Origin: an uncultured Bauldia sp. | Lineage (GTDB): Bacteria; Pseudomonadota; Alphaproteobacteria; Rhizobiales; Kaistiaceae | Assembly: GCA_964402985.1 (NCBI GenBank) | Contig: CAYOET010000132.1 | Coordinates: forward strand, 1 to 41,804 | DNA: 41,804 bases | Reading direction: 5' to 3' | Shown: piece by piece, positions 30,230 through 41,804 of the stretch | Numbering within the stretch: position 1 is the first letter of the stretch | Layout: each line of letters starts with the position of its first letter | Program-made: the position numbers and the translations under genes | The notes under the pieces: model-generated | Database searches by the model: none | Told to the model about the DNA's origin: nothing | What the model saw: the letters and a program-made list of their open reading frames with translations, nothing else

Positions 30230-30343
30230 AAGAGGGCCGTCGTCTTCGAACGCTACGGCGGCCCTGAGGTTCTTCGCCTCGTCGATTTGCAGAAGCCCGC
30301 ATCGCCGTTGCGCCCGGCTGACGCCGTCGTGGTAATCCGCCTT
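30230..30343 (+). pseudogene. orphan N-terminal fragment of a zinc-type alcohol dehydrogenase / quinone oxidoreductase (MDR family)
   Basis: The frame reads (stop)KRAVVFERYGGPEVLRLVDLQKPASPLRPADAVVVIRL(stop). xAVVFERYGGPEVLxLVDxxxP is the stereotyped MDR/Qor N-terminus. It has no start codon and stops after 38 codons. Confidence 0.4.
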
Positions 30344-30370
30344 TAACGCTGTTCGCTTAAATCCTCGGCC

Positions 30371-31225
30371 ATGCAGGACGTCTCCTCGCCCGAAGCGGGG
30401 GGTCGGACCCCGACCCTTCCCGCCTCGCACGGCCCGCTCTTGATGTGGGGCCTCGCCGCCCTCGTGGTCGCCCTCAGCGCCGCGATCATTGCCGGCGCCT
30501 GGATCGCCGGCTCTCGCGCACGCGGTCCCGCCGCAATCGCCGACCTCCCGCTGGTCGCCCCCTTCGGCGGGCCGGCCTCCGGCGAGCCAGCGGTCGACAC
30601 CGCCGCCCTCGCCGCGGTCGCCGCCCGCGAAGCCGAGGCCGAGGCGGGCGACGCCATCGCCCAGTACGAGATCGGCATGGTCTACTACGGCGGCACCCTT
30701 GTTCCGGCCGATCTCGACCGCGCCATCGAGTTCCTCCGCCGCTCGGCGGCCCAGGACTACATTCCGGCGATCATGGCTTATGCCGACGCGCTCGGAAGTA
30801 GCGTTGCCGCCGGAACCGCCGATCCTGGCGAGGTCTTCGCGGCACTCGACCGCCTCATCGCGCACCCGCCGGACGACAACATCCTAGGCGCCGCCCACGA
30901 GCTTTACGGCCGGTATCTCCTCTACGCCCTGCAGGGTCCGCAGCGCGACCCGGCCGGCGCTGTCGACCACTTCGTGGCGAGCCTCGCCGCCGGCAATCTC
31001 TTTGCGGCCCGGGCCATCGGCGACGCCTACCGCTCGGGCGAGGGCCGCCCGGTCGATCAGGTCCTTGCCTATGCCTACTACAAGGTCGCGCAGCCGCTTT
31101 TGCCTGACCCGCTCGGCCCGACCATCTACGAGATCGAGACCTCGCTGACCCCGGCCGAACTCGCCCGCGCGGAGACGCTTACGCTACCCGCTTTGCTCGC
31201 GCAGGAGCCCGATCTCAGCCACTGA
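30371..31225 (+). CDS. membrane-anchored Sel1-like repeat (SLR/TPR-like) protein
   Basis: 284 aa with an N-terminal TM segment (LLMWGLAALVVALSAAIIAGAWIA). Sel1-type repeats include GDAIAQYEIGMVYYGGTLVPADLDRAIEFLRRSAAQ and AARAIGDAYRSGEGRPVDQVLAYAYYKVA. Confidence 0.65.
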   Translation: MQDVSSPEAGGRTPTLPASHGPLLMWGLAALVVALSAAIIAGAWIAGSRARGPAAIADLPLVAPFGGPASGEPAVDTAALAAVAAREAEAEAGDAIAQYEIGMVYYGGTLVPADLDRAIEFLRRSAAQDYIPAIMAYADALGSSVAAGTADPGEVFAALDRLIAHPPDDNILGAAHELYGRYLLYALQGPQRDPAGAVDHFVASLAAGNLFAARAIGDAYRSGEGRPVDQVLAYAYYKVAQPLLPDPLGPTIYEIETSLTPAELARAETLTLPALLAQEPDLSH

Positions 31226-31239
31226 AGGCGGGGCGAAGC

Positions 31240-31455
31240 CTAGCGCCTCGGCTGAGGCTTGGCCTTGCCGAGCGGGTTGTTGTCGGCGCTGCCATCGGCC
31301 TGCGGGCCCTTGTTGCGGTGCGGCGTGGAATAGGACGGCGGATCGCTCGCCGGAAAGCTCTCGTCGAGCGCTTCGTCGACCTCGGCCTCGCGGTGCCCGT
31401 CGCTACCGCCGCTGGTCTTGGCCGGAGCACGGTTCTTGCTGGTCGAAGCCGACAT
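31240..31455 (-). CDS. small hydrophilic protein (71 aa) with an E-SFPASDPP motif
   Basis: Part of ORF 31240..31590, start taken at MSASTSKNRAPAK (ATG 31455). Disordered, charged composition. Real translation is unproven. Confidence 0.4.
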   Translation of the reverse strand: MSASTSKNRAPAKTSGGSDGHREAEVDEALDESFPASDPPSYSTPHRNKGPQADGSADNNPLGKAKPQPRR

Positions 31456-31640
31456 GTGCACCCTCGCGTTCGGAATTGGCACAGGAGCAAGGTTTGACGG
31501 TGGTAAAGGTTGCATTGTCAAAGCCGTAGCGGCCGGGCTATGCCCTTTCCTCGCCTCAAATATGAGGCACCTGCCGCTGGGCGGCGCCAAAACGGTTGTC
31601 GTGGGATTGGCGTATGCTGCGTAAACGAGTGGGATCGGTC

Positions 31641-32276
31641 ATGCTGTTCGTGAAGTCCGCGCCTGTTCTCCTCTGTGCCGCGCTGCTCGCCGGCTGCAGC
31701 GGCTTCGGAGCGATCAGCTTCCCCGGCTTCGGCGGCGATCAGGCGACCGCGGCCGGCCAGGTCCCCCCCGGCAACGCCGCACCGGCCGGAATCGTCGAGA
31801 CCACCGAACTGCCCCCGCTCGTCGGCCAGGCCGAGGGCGCCGATCCGTTCCTCTATCCCGACCCGGCCACGGCGGTCGCCAGCGCCGGCGCCTTCCCCTC
31901 GACCGATCCGACCTTGACCGGTGGCCTGCCCGGCACGCCGAGCTCCGACCTCGCCCTTGCTGCCACACCGCCAGCCGGCGGTCCGGTCGCCGACATCACC
32001 CGCCCCGACCTTCTCGGTGCGTGGACGCTCACCAACGGCACCGAATCCTGCCAGCTTTTCATGACCTTGACGACCTGGACCGGCGGTTATCGCGCCTCGA
32101 CCCGCGGCTGCACCTCGACCACGCTGCAGTCGATCTCCGCCTGGGACCTCAACGGCCAGCAGGTCGTGCTCGCCGGCACCGAGGGTCTGGCGGTCGCGCG
32201 GCTGTACTCCTCCGGCTTCAACCGCTTCGACGGCCAGACCGAAACCGAAGCCGCGACGCTCAGCTTCTTCCGCTGA
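31641..32276 (+). CDS. outer-membrane lipoprotein, protease-inhibitor Inh/Omp19 family
   Basis: ORF 31596..32276, start taken at MLFVKSAPVLLCAALLAGC (lipobox LAGC). Pro/Ala-rich linker, then a C-terminal Inh/Omp19-like barrel (GAWTLTNGTESCQLFMT...GCTSTTLQSISAWDL). Confidence 0.65.
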   Translation: MLFVKSAPVLLCAALLAGCSGFGAISFPGFGGDQATAAGQVPPGNAAPAGIVETTELPPLVGQAEGADPFLYPDPATAVASAGAFPSTDPTLTGGLPGTPSSDLALAATPPAGGPVADITRPDLLGAWTLTNGTESCQLFMTLTTWTGGYRASTRGCTSTTLQSISAWDLNGQQVVLAGTEGLAVARLYSSGFNRFDGQTETEAATLSFFR

Positions 32277-32326
32277 ACTTTTTGCATCGGCGCTATGCGC
32301 TTGCGTGGCCGGATCGAACCGGCTAG

Positions 32327-33346
<1,020 letters not shown>

Positions 33347-33347
33347 C

Positions 33348-34541
33348 GTGGACCTCCACGAGTTCCAGGCCAAAGCGATCCTCCGCGAGTACGGCGCCCC
33401 CGTCCCGCGCGGCATGGTAGCCTCCAACGCCGATGAAGCGCGCAAGGCCGCGAGCGACCTCGGCACGCCGGTCGTCGCGGTGAAGGCACAGATTCACGCC
33501 GGCGGCCGCGGTAGGGGCCGCTTCAAGGAGACGGCGGCCGGCGCCGGCGGCGGCGTCCGCATCGCCAAGTCCGCCGATGAAGCCGCCAAGGCCGCGCGCG
33601 AAATGATCGGCAACACGCTGGTCACGCTGCAGACCGGCGCGGCCGGCAAGAAAATCCGCCGCGTCTATGTCGAGGAAGGCACCGACATCGCGTCGGAGCT
33701 TTACGTCTCGCTCCTCGTCGACCGCGCCCGCTCGCGGGTTGCCTTCGTCGTCTCGAAGGCGGGCGGCATGTCGATCGAGGACGTCGCGCATCACACGCCC
33801 GAGAAGATCGTCTCCTTCGCGATCGACCCGGCCTCCGGCTTCATGCCCCATCACGGCCGCCGCTTCGTGGCCGCCCTCGGCCTCACCGGCGAGGCCGCCA
33901 AGGAAGGCGCCAAGGTCGCGGCCGCGCTCTACCGCGCGTTCCTCGACAAGGACATGAGCCTTCTCGAGATCAACCCGTTGGTCGTCACCAAGGCCGGCCG
34001 TCTCGTCTGCCTCGATGCCAAGCTCGGCGTCGACCCCAACGCCCTCTTCCGCCACCCCGATCTCGTCGCGCTCCGCGACGAGAGCGAGGAGGACCCGCGC
34101 GAGATCGAGGCCGCCAAGCAGGACCTCGCCTATATCGCCCTCGGTGGCACGATCGGCTGCATGGTCAACGGCGCCGGCCTCGCCATGGCGACCATGGACA
34201 TCATCAAGCTCTACGGCGCCGAGCCGGCGAACTTCCTCGACGTCGGCGGCGGAGCGTCCAAGGAGAAGGTGACGGCGGCCTTCAAGATCATCACCGCCGA
34301 TCCGAAGGTGAAGGGCATCCTCGTCAACATCTTCGGCGGCATCATGCGTTGCGACACCATCGCCGAAGGCGTCCTCGCCGCGGTGCGCGAGGTCGGCCTG
34401 AAGGTCCCGCTTGTCGTCCGCCTCGAAGGCACCAATGTCGAGCTCGGCAAGGAAATCCTCGCCGCCTCGACCCTCAACATCATCTCCGCCGACGACCTCG
34501 ATGACGCCGCCCAGAAGATCGTCGCCGCGGTGGGAGAATAG
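33348..34541 (+). CDS. sucC: succinyl-CoA synthetase beta subunit
   Basis: 397 aa, GTG start. [16 protein letters not shown] and [15 protein letters not shown] are present. Confidence 0.95.
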   Translation: MDLHEFQAKAILREYGAPVPRGMVASNADEARKAASDLGTPVVAVKAQIHAGGRGRGRFKETAAGAGGGVRIAKSADEAAKAAREMIGNTLVTLQTGAAGKKIRRVYVEEGTDIASELYVSLLVDRARSRVAFVVSKAGGMSIEDVAHHTPEKIVSFAIDPASGFMPHHGRRFVAALGLTGEAAKEGAKVAAALYRAFLDKDMSLLEINPLVVTKAGRLVCLDAKLGVDPNALFRHPDLVALRDESEEDPREIEAAKQDLAYIALGGTIGCMVNGAGLAMATMDIIKLYGAEPANFLDVGGGASKEKVTAAFKIITADPKVKGILVNIFGGIMRCDTIAEGVLAAVREVGLKVPLVVRLEGTNVELGKEILAASTLNIISADDLDDAAQKIVAAVGE

Positions 34542-34547
34542 CGACGC

Positions 34548-34593
34548 TTGATGGGTCGCCATGCTCCACATATTATGTGTGACTGCGGAGCAT
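34548..34593 (+). promoter_or_regulatory. sigma-70-like promoter with overlapping operator palindromes for the toxin-antitoxin pair
   Basis: TTGATG (34548-53), N17, TATTAT (34571-76). The palindrome CACATA-T-TATGTG (34567-79) overlaps the -10. An outer inverted repeat ATGCTCC...GGAGCAT spans 34561-67 and 34587-93. Confidence 0.5.
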
Positions 34594-34603
34594 GGAGATT
34601 GCC

Positions 34604-34834
34604 ATGAAGAACATCACTTTGGCCGTGGACGAGGCCGTCCTCGAACAAGTCCGCAAATACGCTGCCAATCATCAGACGACGGTGAATGCACTCGTTCGCC
34701 GGCACCTCGAGCAGATCGCCCGCAACGAAACCCGCGTTAAGGAGGCGATGCAGGAGTTGCGTGAAATGAGCAACAACTCGACGGCGCGGATGGGAAAGCG
34801 CACTTGGAAGCGAGACGATATCTATGATCGTTGA
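34604..34834 (+). CDS. VapB-like antitoxin (probable ribbon-helix-helix type)
   Basis: ORF 34592..34834. The start at 34604 ([21 protein letters not shown]) is preferred because GGAGA lies 5 nt upstream. 76 aa, with an 11-nt overlap with the PIN gene. Confidence 0.65.
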   Translation: MKNITLAVDEAVLEQVRKYAANHQTTVNALVRRHLEQIARNETRVKEAMQELREMSNNSTARMGKRTWKRDDIYDR

Positions 34835-35237
34835 TTGCTTCCTCGACTCCAACGTTCTGGTCTACGCCGCGGCTGGACGTGAGGACGAGGAAGAAAAACG
34901 CGTACGCGCACGCGATTTGGTCGAGGAATCGAACTTCGCGATTTCCGGCCAAGTCCTTCAGGAATTCTTCGTCGTGGTCACGCGAAAGCTCCCCACTCCG
35001 ATGCCGGCGGCAGAGGCTGCCGAGTGGGTCGACCGCCTTGCTCTGCGGCCGCTGCTGCCGGTGGACGCACAGCTCGTGCAATCGGCCATAACGATCTCGA
35101 GGAGGTTCCGGGTCTCGTATTGGGACGCCGCAATCATCGCGGCGGCACAGGCCCTCGACGCCCCTATCCTCTACACCGAAGACCTCAACCACGGTCACAC
35201 GATCGCCGACGTCCGGATCGTGAATCCCTTCATCTAG
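34824..35237 (+). CDS. vapC: PIN-domain ribonuclease toxin (VapC-like)
   Basis: 137 aa. Acidic PIN residues lie in the expected contexts: D8 (FLDSNVL), E47 (QVLQEF), D101 (YWDAAI), E119/D120 (YTEDLN). Confidence 0.75.
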   Translation: MIVDCFLDSNVLVYAAAGREDEEEKRVRARDLVEESNFAISGQVLQEFFVVVTRKLPTPMPAAEAAEWVDRLALRPLLPVDAQLVQSAITISRRFRVSYWDAAIIAAAQALDAPILYTEDLNHGHTIADVRIVNPFI

Positions 35238-35256
35238 CGGTCACCGACGCGAGCCC

Positions 35257-36141
35257 ATGCCCATCCTCATCGACCACACCACCCGCGTCATCTGCCAGGG
35301 CATGACCGGCGCGACTGCGACCTTCCATACCGAGCAGGCGCTCGCCTACGGCACCGAGATGGTCGGCGGCGTCACCCCCGGGAAGGGCGGCAGCACCCAT
35401 CTCGGCCTGCCGATGTTCGATACCGTCGCCGAAGCCAAGGCCGTGACCGGGGCCGACGCGTCGGTGATCTACGTCCCTCCCGCCTTCGCGGGCGACGCGA
35501 TCCTCGAAGCGATCGACGCCGAGATCGCCCTCATCGTCGCGATCACCGAAGGGATTCCCGTCCTCGACATGGTGCGCGTTCGGAGAGCCCTCGACGCCTC
35601 CAAGAGCCGGCTCATCGGCCCCAACTGCCCCGGCCTCGTCACCGCCGGGGCCTCCAAGATCGGCATCATGCCCGGCTCGATCTTCTCGCCCGGCTCGGTC
35701 GGCATCGTCTCCCGCTCCGGCACGCTCACTTACGAAGCGGTGTTCCAGACCACCCGCGCCAAGCTGGGCCAGACCACCGCCGTCGGCATCGGCGGCGACC
35801 CGGTGCGCGGCACCGACTTCATCCCCATCCTCGAGATGTTCCTCGCCGACGACGCGACGCGGTCGATCATCCTCATCGGCGAGATCGGCGGCTCGGGCGA
35901 AGAGGACGCCGCGCAGTTCCTCAAGGACGAGGCCCGTGGCGGCCGCCGCAAGCCGGTCGTCGGCTTCATCGCCGGCCGCACCGCGCCTCCCGGCCGCCGC
36001 ATGGGCCATGCTGGCGCGATCGTTGCTGGGGGCAAGGGCGGTGCGGACGAGAAGATCGCCGCGTTCGAAGGCGCGGGGGTCAAGGTTTCCCCCTCACCTG
36101 CGCGTCTGGGGCAGACCTTGGTTGAGCATTTGCAATCTTGA
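35257..36141 (+). CDS. sucD: succinyl-CoA synthetase alpha subunit
   Basis: 294 aa with [17 protein letters not shown] and phospho-His motif GHAGAI. Confidence 0.95.
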   Translation: MPILIDHTTRVICQGMTGATATFHTEQALAYGTEMVGGVTPGKGGSTHLGLPMFDTVAEAKAVTGADASVIYVPPAFAGDAILEAIDAEIALIVAITEGIPVLDMVRVRRALDASKSRLIGPNCPGLVTAGASKIGIMPGSIFSPGSVGIVSRSGTLTYEAVFQTTRAKLGQTTAVGIGGDPVRGTDFIPILEMFLADDATRSIILIGEIGGSGEEDAAQFLKDEARGGRRKPVVGFIAGRTAPPGRRMGHAGAIVAGGKGGADEKIAAFEGAGVKVSPSPARLGQTLVEHLQS

Positions 36142-36228
36142 GTTCCGCTGCCCATTTCTTTAGTGATTTCGGCCCCACGATGCGGCAGTTCGCCGCGCCG
36201 GCCTGATGCCTGAAAAGCCACGAGAAAA

Positions 36229-39195
<2,967 letters not shown>

Positions 39196-39225
39196 AAGCC
39201 CAACCCTCCGAGAAAGAAGAGAGAG

Positions 39226-40503
39226 ATGGCCAAGGAAATCCGCGTTCCCGTCCTCGGTGAATCGATCACCGAGGCGACCATCGGCCAGGTCTTCAAGAAG
39301 GTCGGCGACACGGTCGCCGCCGACGAGCCGCTCGTCGAGCTGGAGACCGAGAAGGTCACCGTCGAGGTCCCCGCGCCGGCCACCGGCGTGATCGAGGAAC
39401 TCCTCTTCAAGACCGGCGACACCGTCCCGGTCGGCGCTCTTCTCGGCATGATCAACGAGTCGACCGAGGTGCGCGTGAAGCCGACCGCGAAGGCCGAGGC
39501 TCCGAAGGCCGCGGCAAAGGCGTCCGCCCCCGCTGCGGCAGCTCCGGTCGCAGCACCCGCGGCCAAGCCCGCCCCGGCCCGTCAGCCGGCTCCGGCCGCT
39601 GCCGGCGACACGCTCGCCCCCTCCGTCCGCAAGCTCGTCGCCGAGCACAACCTGCAGCCCGAGGCCATCGCCGGCACCGGCAAGGACGGCCGCATCACCA
39701 AGGGCGACGCCCTCGCCGCCGTGGCCGCCAAGGCCGCGCCTGCCGAGCGCCCTGTCCCCAGCCTGGTCCCGGTCTCCGACATCCCGACCGCGCCCGACCA
39801 GTCCCCGCTCGAGCAGCGCGTGCGCATGACGCGCCTCCGCCAGACCATCGCCCGCCGCCTCAAGGAGGCGCAGGACGTCGCCGCCATGCTCACGACCTTC
39901 AACGAGGTCGACATGAGCGGCGTGATCGGCCTCCGCAACCAGTACAAGGACCTGTTCGAGAAGAAGCACGGCGTGAAGCTCGGCTTCATGAGCTTCTTCG
40001 TGAAGGCCGCGATCCAGGCCCTCAAGGAGGTCCCGGCGGTCAACGCCGAGATCGACGGCGAGGACATCGTCTACAAGAATTACTACCACATCGGTGTCGC
40101 GGTCGGGACCGAGCGCGGCCTCGTCGTCCCGGTCATCCGCGACGCCGACAAGATGACCCTCGCCGAGATCGAGACCGCCATCGCCGGCCTCGGCAAGCGC
40201 GCCCGCGACGGCCAGCTCGGCATCCCCGACATGCAGGGCGGCACGTTCACGATCTCGAACGGCGGCGTCTACGGCTCGCTCCTCTCGACGCCGATCCTCA
40301 ACGCCCCGCAGTCGGGCATCCTCGGCATGCACAAGATCGAGCAGCGCCCGGTCGTGGTCGAGGGCCGCATCGAGGCGAGGCCGATGATGTATCTCGCGCT
40401 CACCTACGACCACCGCATCGTCGACGGCCGCGAGGCGGTCACCTTCCTGGTGCGCGTCAAGGAAAGCCTCGAGGACCCGCAGCGCCTCGTTCTTGACCTA
40501 TAG
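39226..40503 (+). CDS. sucB: dihydrolipoyllysine-residue succinyltransferase (E2o)
   Basis: 425 aa with a lipoyl domain ([13 protein letters not shown]), Ala/Pro linker, E3-binding domain and catalytic DHRIVDG. Confidence 0.95.
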   Translation: MAKEIRVPVLGESITEATIGQVFKKVGDTVAADEPLVELETEKVTVEVPAPATGVIEELLFKTGDTVPVGALLGMINESTEVRVKPTAKAEAPKAAAKASAPAAAAPVAAPAAKPAPARQPAPAAAGDTLAPSVRKLVAEHNLQPEAIAGTGKDGRITKGDALAAVAAKAAPAERPVPSLVPVSDIPTAPDQSPLEQRVRMTRLRQTIARRLKEAQDVAAMLTTFNEVDMSGVIGLRNQYKDLFEKKHGVKLGFMSFFVKAAIQALKEVPAVNAEIDGEDIVYKNYYHIGVAVGTERGLVVPVIRDADKMTLAEIETAIAGLGKRARDGQLGIPDMQGGTFTISNGGVYGSLLSTPILNAPQSGILGMHKIEQRPVVVEGRIEARPMMYLALTYDHRIVDGREAVTFLVRVKESLEDPQRLVLDL

Positions 40504-40536
40504 GCGGAGCGCAAATCCAGCATCTGGAGGACCCCG

Positions 40537-40971
40537 ATGGCCGACGAACCCAATCCCGCTCCAATCCAGGTCTACCTGACAGTGAAGGGAGCGGACGCCG
40601 CGGCGAAATTCTACGCCAAGGCCTTCGGCGCGGTGGAGACGCAGCGCCAGGTCGCCGAAGACGGGAAGCGTCTGATGCACTGCACGATGGCACTGTTCGG
40701 CTCGGGCATCATGTTCTCCGACGAGTTCCCCGAGTTCGGCATGAAGGACGTGGCCTCGCCCAAGACGCGCGGCGGCGCGAGCGTGACCATCCACGTCAAC
40801 CTCGAGACGCCCGAGGAGGTCGACACCGTCATGGCCAACGCCAAGGCCGAGGGCCCCGAGATCACCTTCCCAGCCGACCGTATGTTCTGGGGCGCTTATT
40901 ACGGCAAGCTCCTCGACCCCTTCGGCCATTCCTGGTCCTTCGCCGCCCCCGCCCCGACGCCGACGGCGTAG
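40537..40971 (+). CDS. VOC / glyoxalase-bleomycin-resistance fold protein (PhnB-like)
   Basis: 144 aa. The pattern YLTVKGADAAAKFYAKAFGA...MHCTMALFGSGIMFSD...FWGAYYGKLLDPFGHSW is typical of PhnB-like VOC proteins. Confidence 0.7.
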   Translation: MADEPNPAPIQVYLTVKGADAAAKFYAKAFGAVETQRQVAEDGKRLMHCTMALFGSGIMFSDEFPEFGMKDVASPKTRGGASVTIHVNLETPEEVDTVMANAKAEGPEITFPADRMFWGAYYGKLLDPFGHSWSFAAPAPTPTA

Positions 40972-40974
40972 CCG

Positions 40975-41226
40975 ATGCCGACCGTTGCGATCGTCGATGG
41001 CGTTCGCATCGTCTTCTACGTGAACGAGCATCCGCCGGCGCACTTCCATGCGCTTTTGGCGGAGCACCGGGTAAGCGTTGACATCGAAACGCTTGCTATA
41101 CTCAACGGGTCCTTGCCGAAGGCAAAGGAGCGAATGGTGCTGGAATGGGCGCGAGAACACCAAGACGAGCTGCGGATCGCGTGGAACCGCGTGGCGGACG
41201 ACCTGCCACCGGGACGGATCGAGTGA
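40975..41226 (+). CDS. DUF4160 family protein
   Basis: 83 aa. VRIVFYVNEHPPAHFHA....VDIET..IL.GSLP....R.V.EWA.EH..EL matches the DUF4160 pattern as I remember it. Confidence 0.7.
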   Translation: MPTVAIVDGVRIVFYVNEHPPAHFHALLAEHRVSVDIETLAILNGSLPKAKERMVLEWAREHQDELRIAWNRVADDLPPGRIE

Positions 41227-41513
41227 GCGGCGTCCTCCGGCTGACAGCCGTGGACCCGGTTATTCACGGCGTGCTCCGGCTCGTCTGGGACGACGGCTAT
41301 GAGGGCGTCCTCGACCTCCGGCCGGTCATCGCCCGAGGCAAGCTCCTCGCGCCGCTGCGAGACGTTGCCACGTTCGCCAAGGTGCAGCTCGACCCGCACG
41401 GTCACAGCATCTCCTGGCGCGGCCCTGACGGCGACGAAATAGACTTCGGTGCCGACGCTCTCCGCGCCGACACCGAGAAGCAAGCCAGGCTCCACGAACT
41501 GGTCGGTCACTGA
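41223..41513 (+). CDS. DUF2442 family protein
   Basis: In frame within ORF 41145..41513. GTG start at 41223 gives a GTGA overlap with the DUF4160 stop. The pattern [26 protein letters not shown]...FA.V.LDP.G.SI.W is DUF2442-like. Confidence 0.65.
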   Translation: MSGVLRLTAVDPVIHGVLRLVWDDGYEGVLDLRPVIARGKLLAPLRDVATFAKVQLDPHGHSISWRGPDGDEIDFGADALRADTEKQARLHELVGH

Positions 41514-41533
41514 CCAGAGCCAAAAGGACTCCC

Positions 41534-41804
41534 ATGCCCACTTACGACGTCGCGGTGATCGGCTCCGGGCCGGGCGGTTATGTCTGCGCGATCCGCGCGG
41601 CGCAGCTCGGCTTGACGGTGGCGGTCATCGAGAAATGGCCGACCTTCGGCGGCACCTGCCTCAACATCGGCTGCATCCCCTCGAAGGCCCTCCTCCACGC
41701 CTCGGAGCTCTTCGAGGAGGTGAGCCATCTCGGCGATTTCGGCGTGAAGGTCGGCAAGCCGAAACTCGATCTGCCCGGCAGGATGGGTCACAAGGACAAG
41801 ACGG
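41534..41804 (+). CDS. lpdA: dihydrolipoyl dehydrogenase (E3), N-terminal 90 codons (runs off the right edge)
   Basis: ATG at 41534 gives [34 protein letters not shown]...[16 protein letters not shown], covering the FAD fold and the redox-active CxxxxC. Confidence 0.9.
   Translation, partial: MPTYDVAVIGSGPGGYVCAIRAAQLGLTVAVIEKWPTFGGTCLNIGCIPSKALLHASELFEEVSHLGDFGVKVGKPKLDLPGRMGHKDKT

Noticed and set aside
31477-31491. TGGCAC-N5-CAAG resembling a sigma-54 -24/-12 promoter upstream of the Omp19-like gene.
   Set aside because: The -12 element (TTGC) is missing because the sequence reads CAAG, so only the -24 half matches. This is likely chance.
34542-34547. 6-bp direct repeat CGACGC flanking the vapBC cassette (second copy at 35245-35250) as a target-site duplication.
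   Set aside because: It is not rejected outright but cannot be relied on. A 6-bp GC-rich match within ~20 bp windows is quite likely by chance in this genome, and TA cassettes have no defined transposition mechanism. It is used only as a hint in the finding.

Overview
High-GC chromosomal segment whose gene content and synteny look alphaproteobacterial, possibly Sphingomonadales- or Rhizobiales-like. That placement is inferred from families such as DUF2794, IalB, Omp19/Inh, ccmABCDG and sdhCDAB / mdh-sucCDAB-lpdA, not from any search. Nearly everything is housekeeping. Left to right: argG (5' end only), a PAP2 phosphatase, family-4 uracil-DNA glycosylase, rlmN, three small envelope proteins, pterin dehydratase, thpR, divergent tesA / ybbA-ybbP, a BI-1/YccA protein, DUF2794, htpG, DUF1223, acnA, ccmABCDG, yciB-ftsY-mtaB-(EF-hand protein)-dapF, sdhCDAB, a small accessory islet, and mdh-sucC-[vapBC]-sucD-sucA-sucB-[VOC, DUF4160, DUF2442]-lpdA.

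No clearly novel multi-gene system was found. The unusual theme is that core operons are interrupted by small selfish or accessory sequences:
- A ~135-bp palindromic MITE/REP-like element occurs three times: twice in a 505-bp gap splitting ccmA from ccmB, and once in frame inside the mtaB coding sequence.
- A lower-GC PIN-domain toxin-antitoxin pair with its own promoter/operator sits between sucC and sucD.
- A DUF4160/DUF2442 pair sits between sucB and lpdA.
- A ~2.4-kb islet of secreted proteins, a Sel1-repeat protein and gene relics separates sdhB from mdh.

Other observations are a candidate terminator-bounded structured RNA upstream of htpG, sigma-32-like promoters, and an in-frame 18-bp tandem duplication in htpG. 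The many long ORFs antisense to real genes are treated as GC-driven artefacts. All calls come from reading the sequence and translations; no database search, folding or GC calculation was run.
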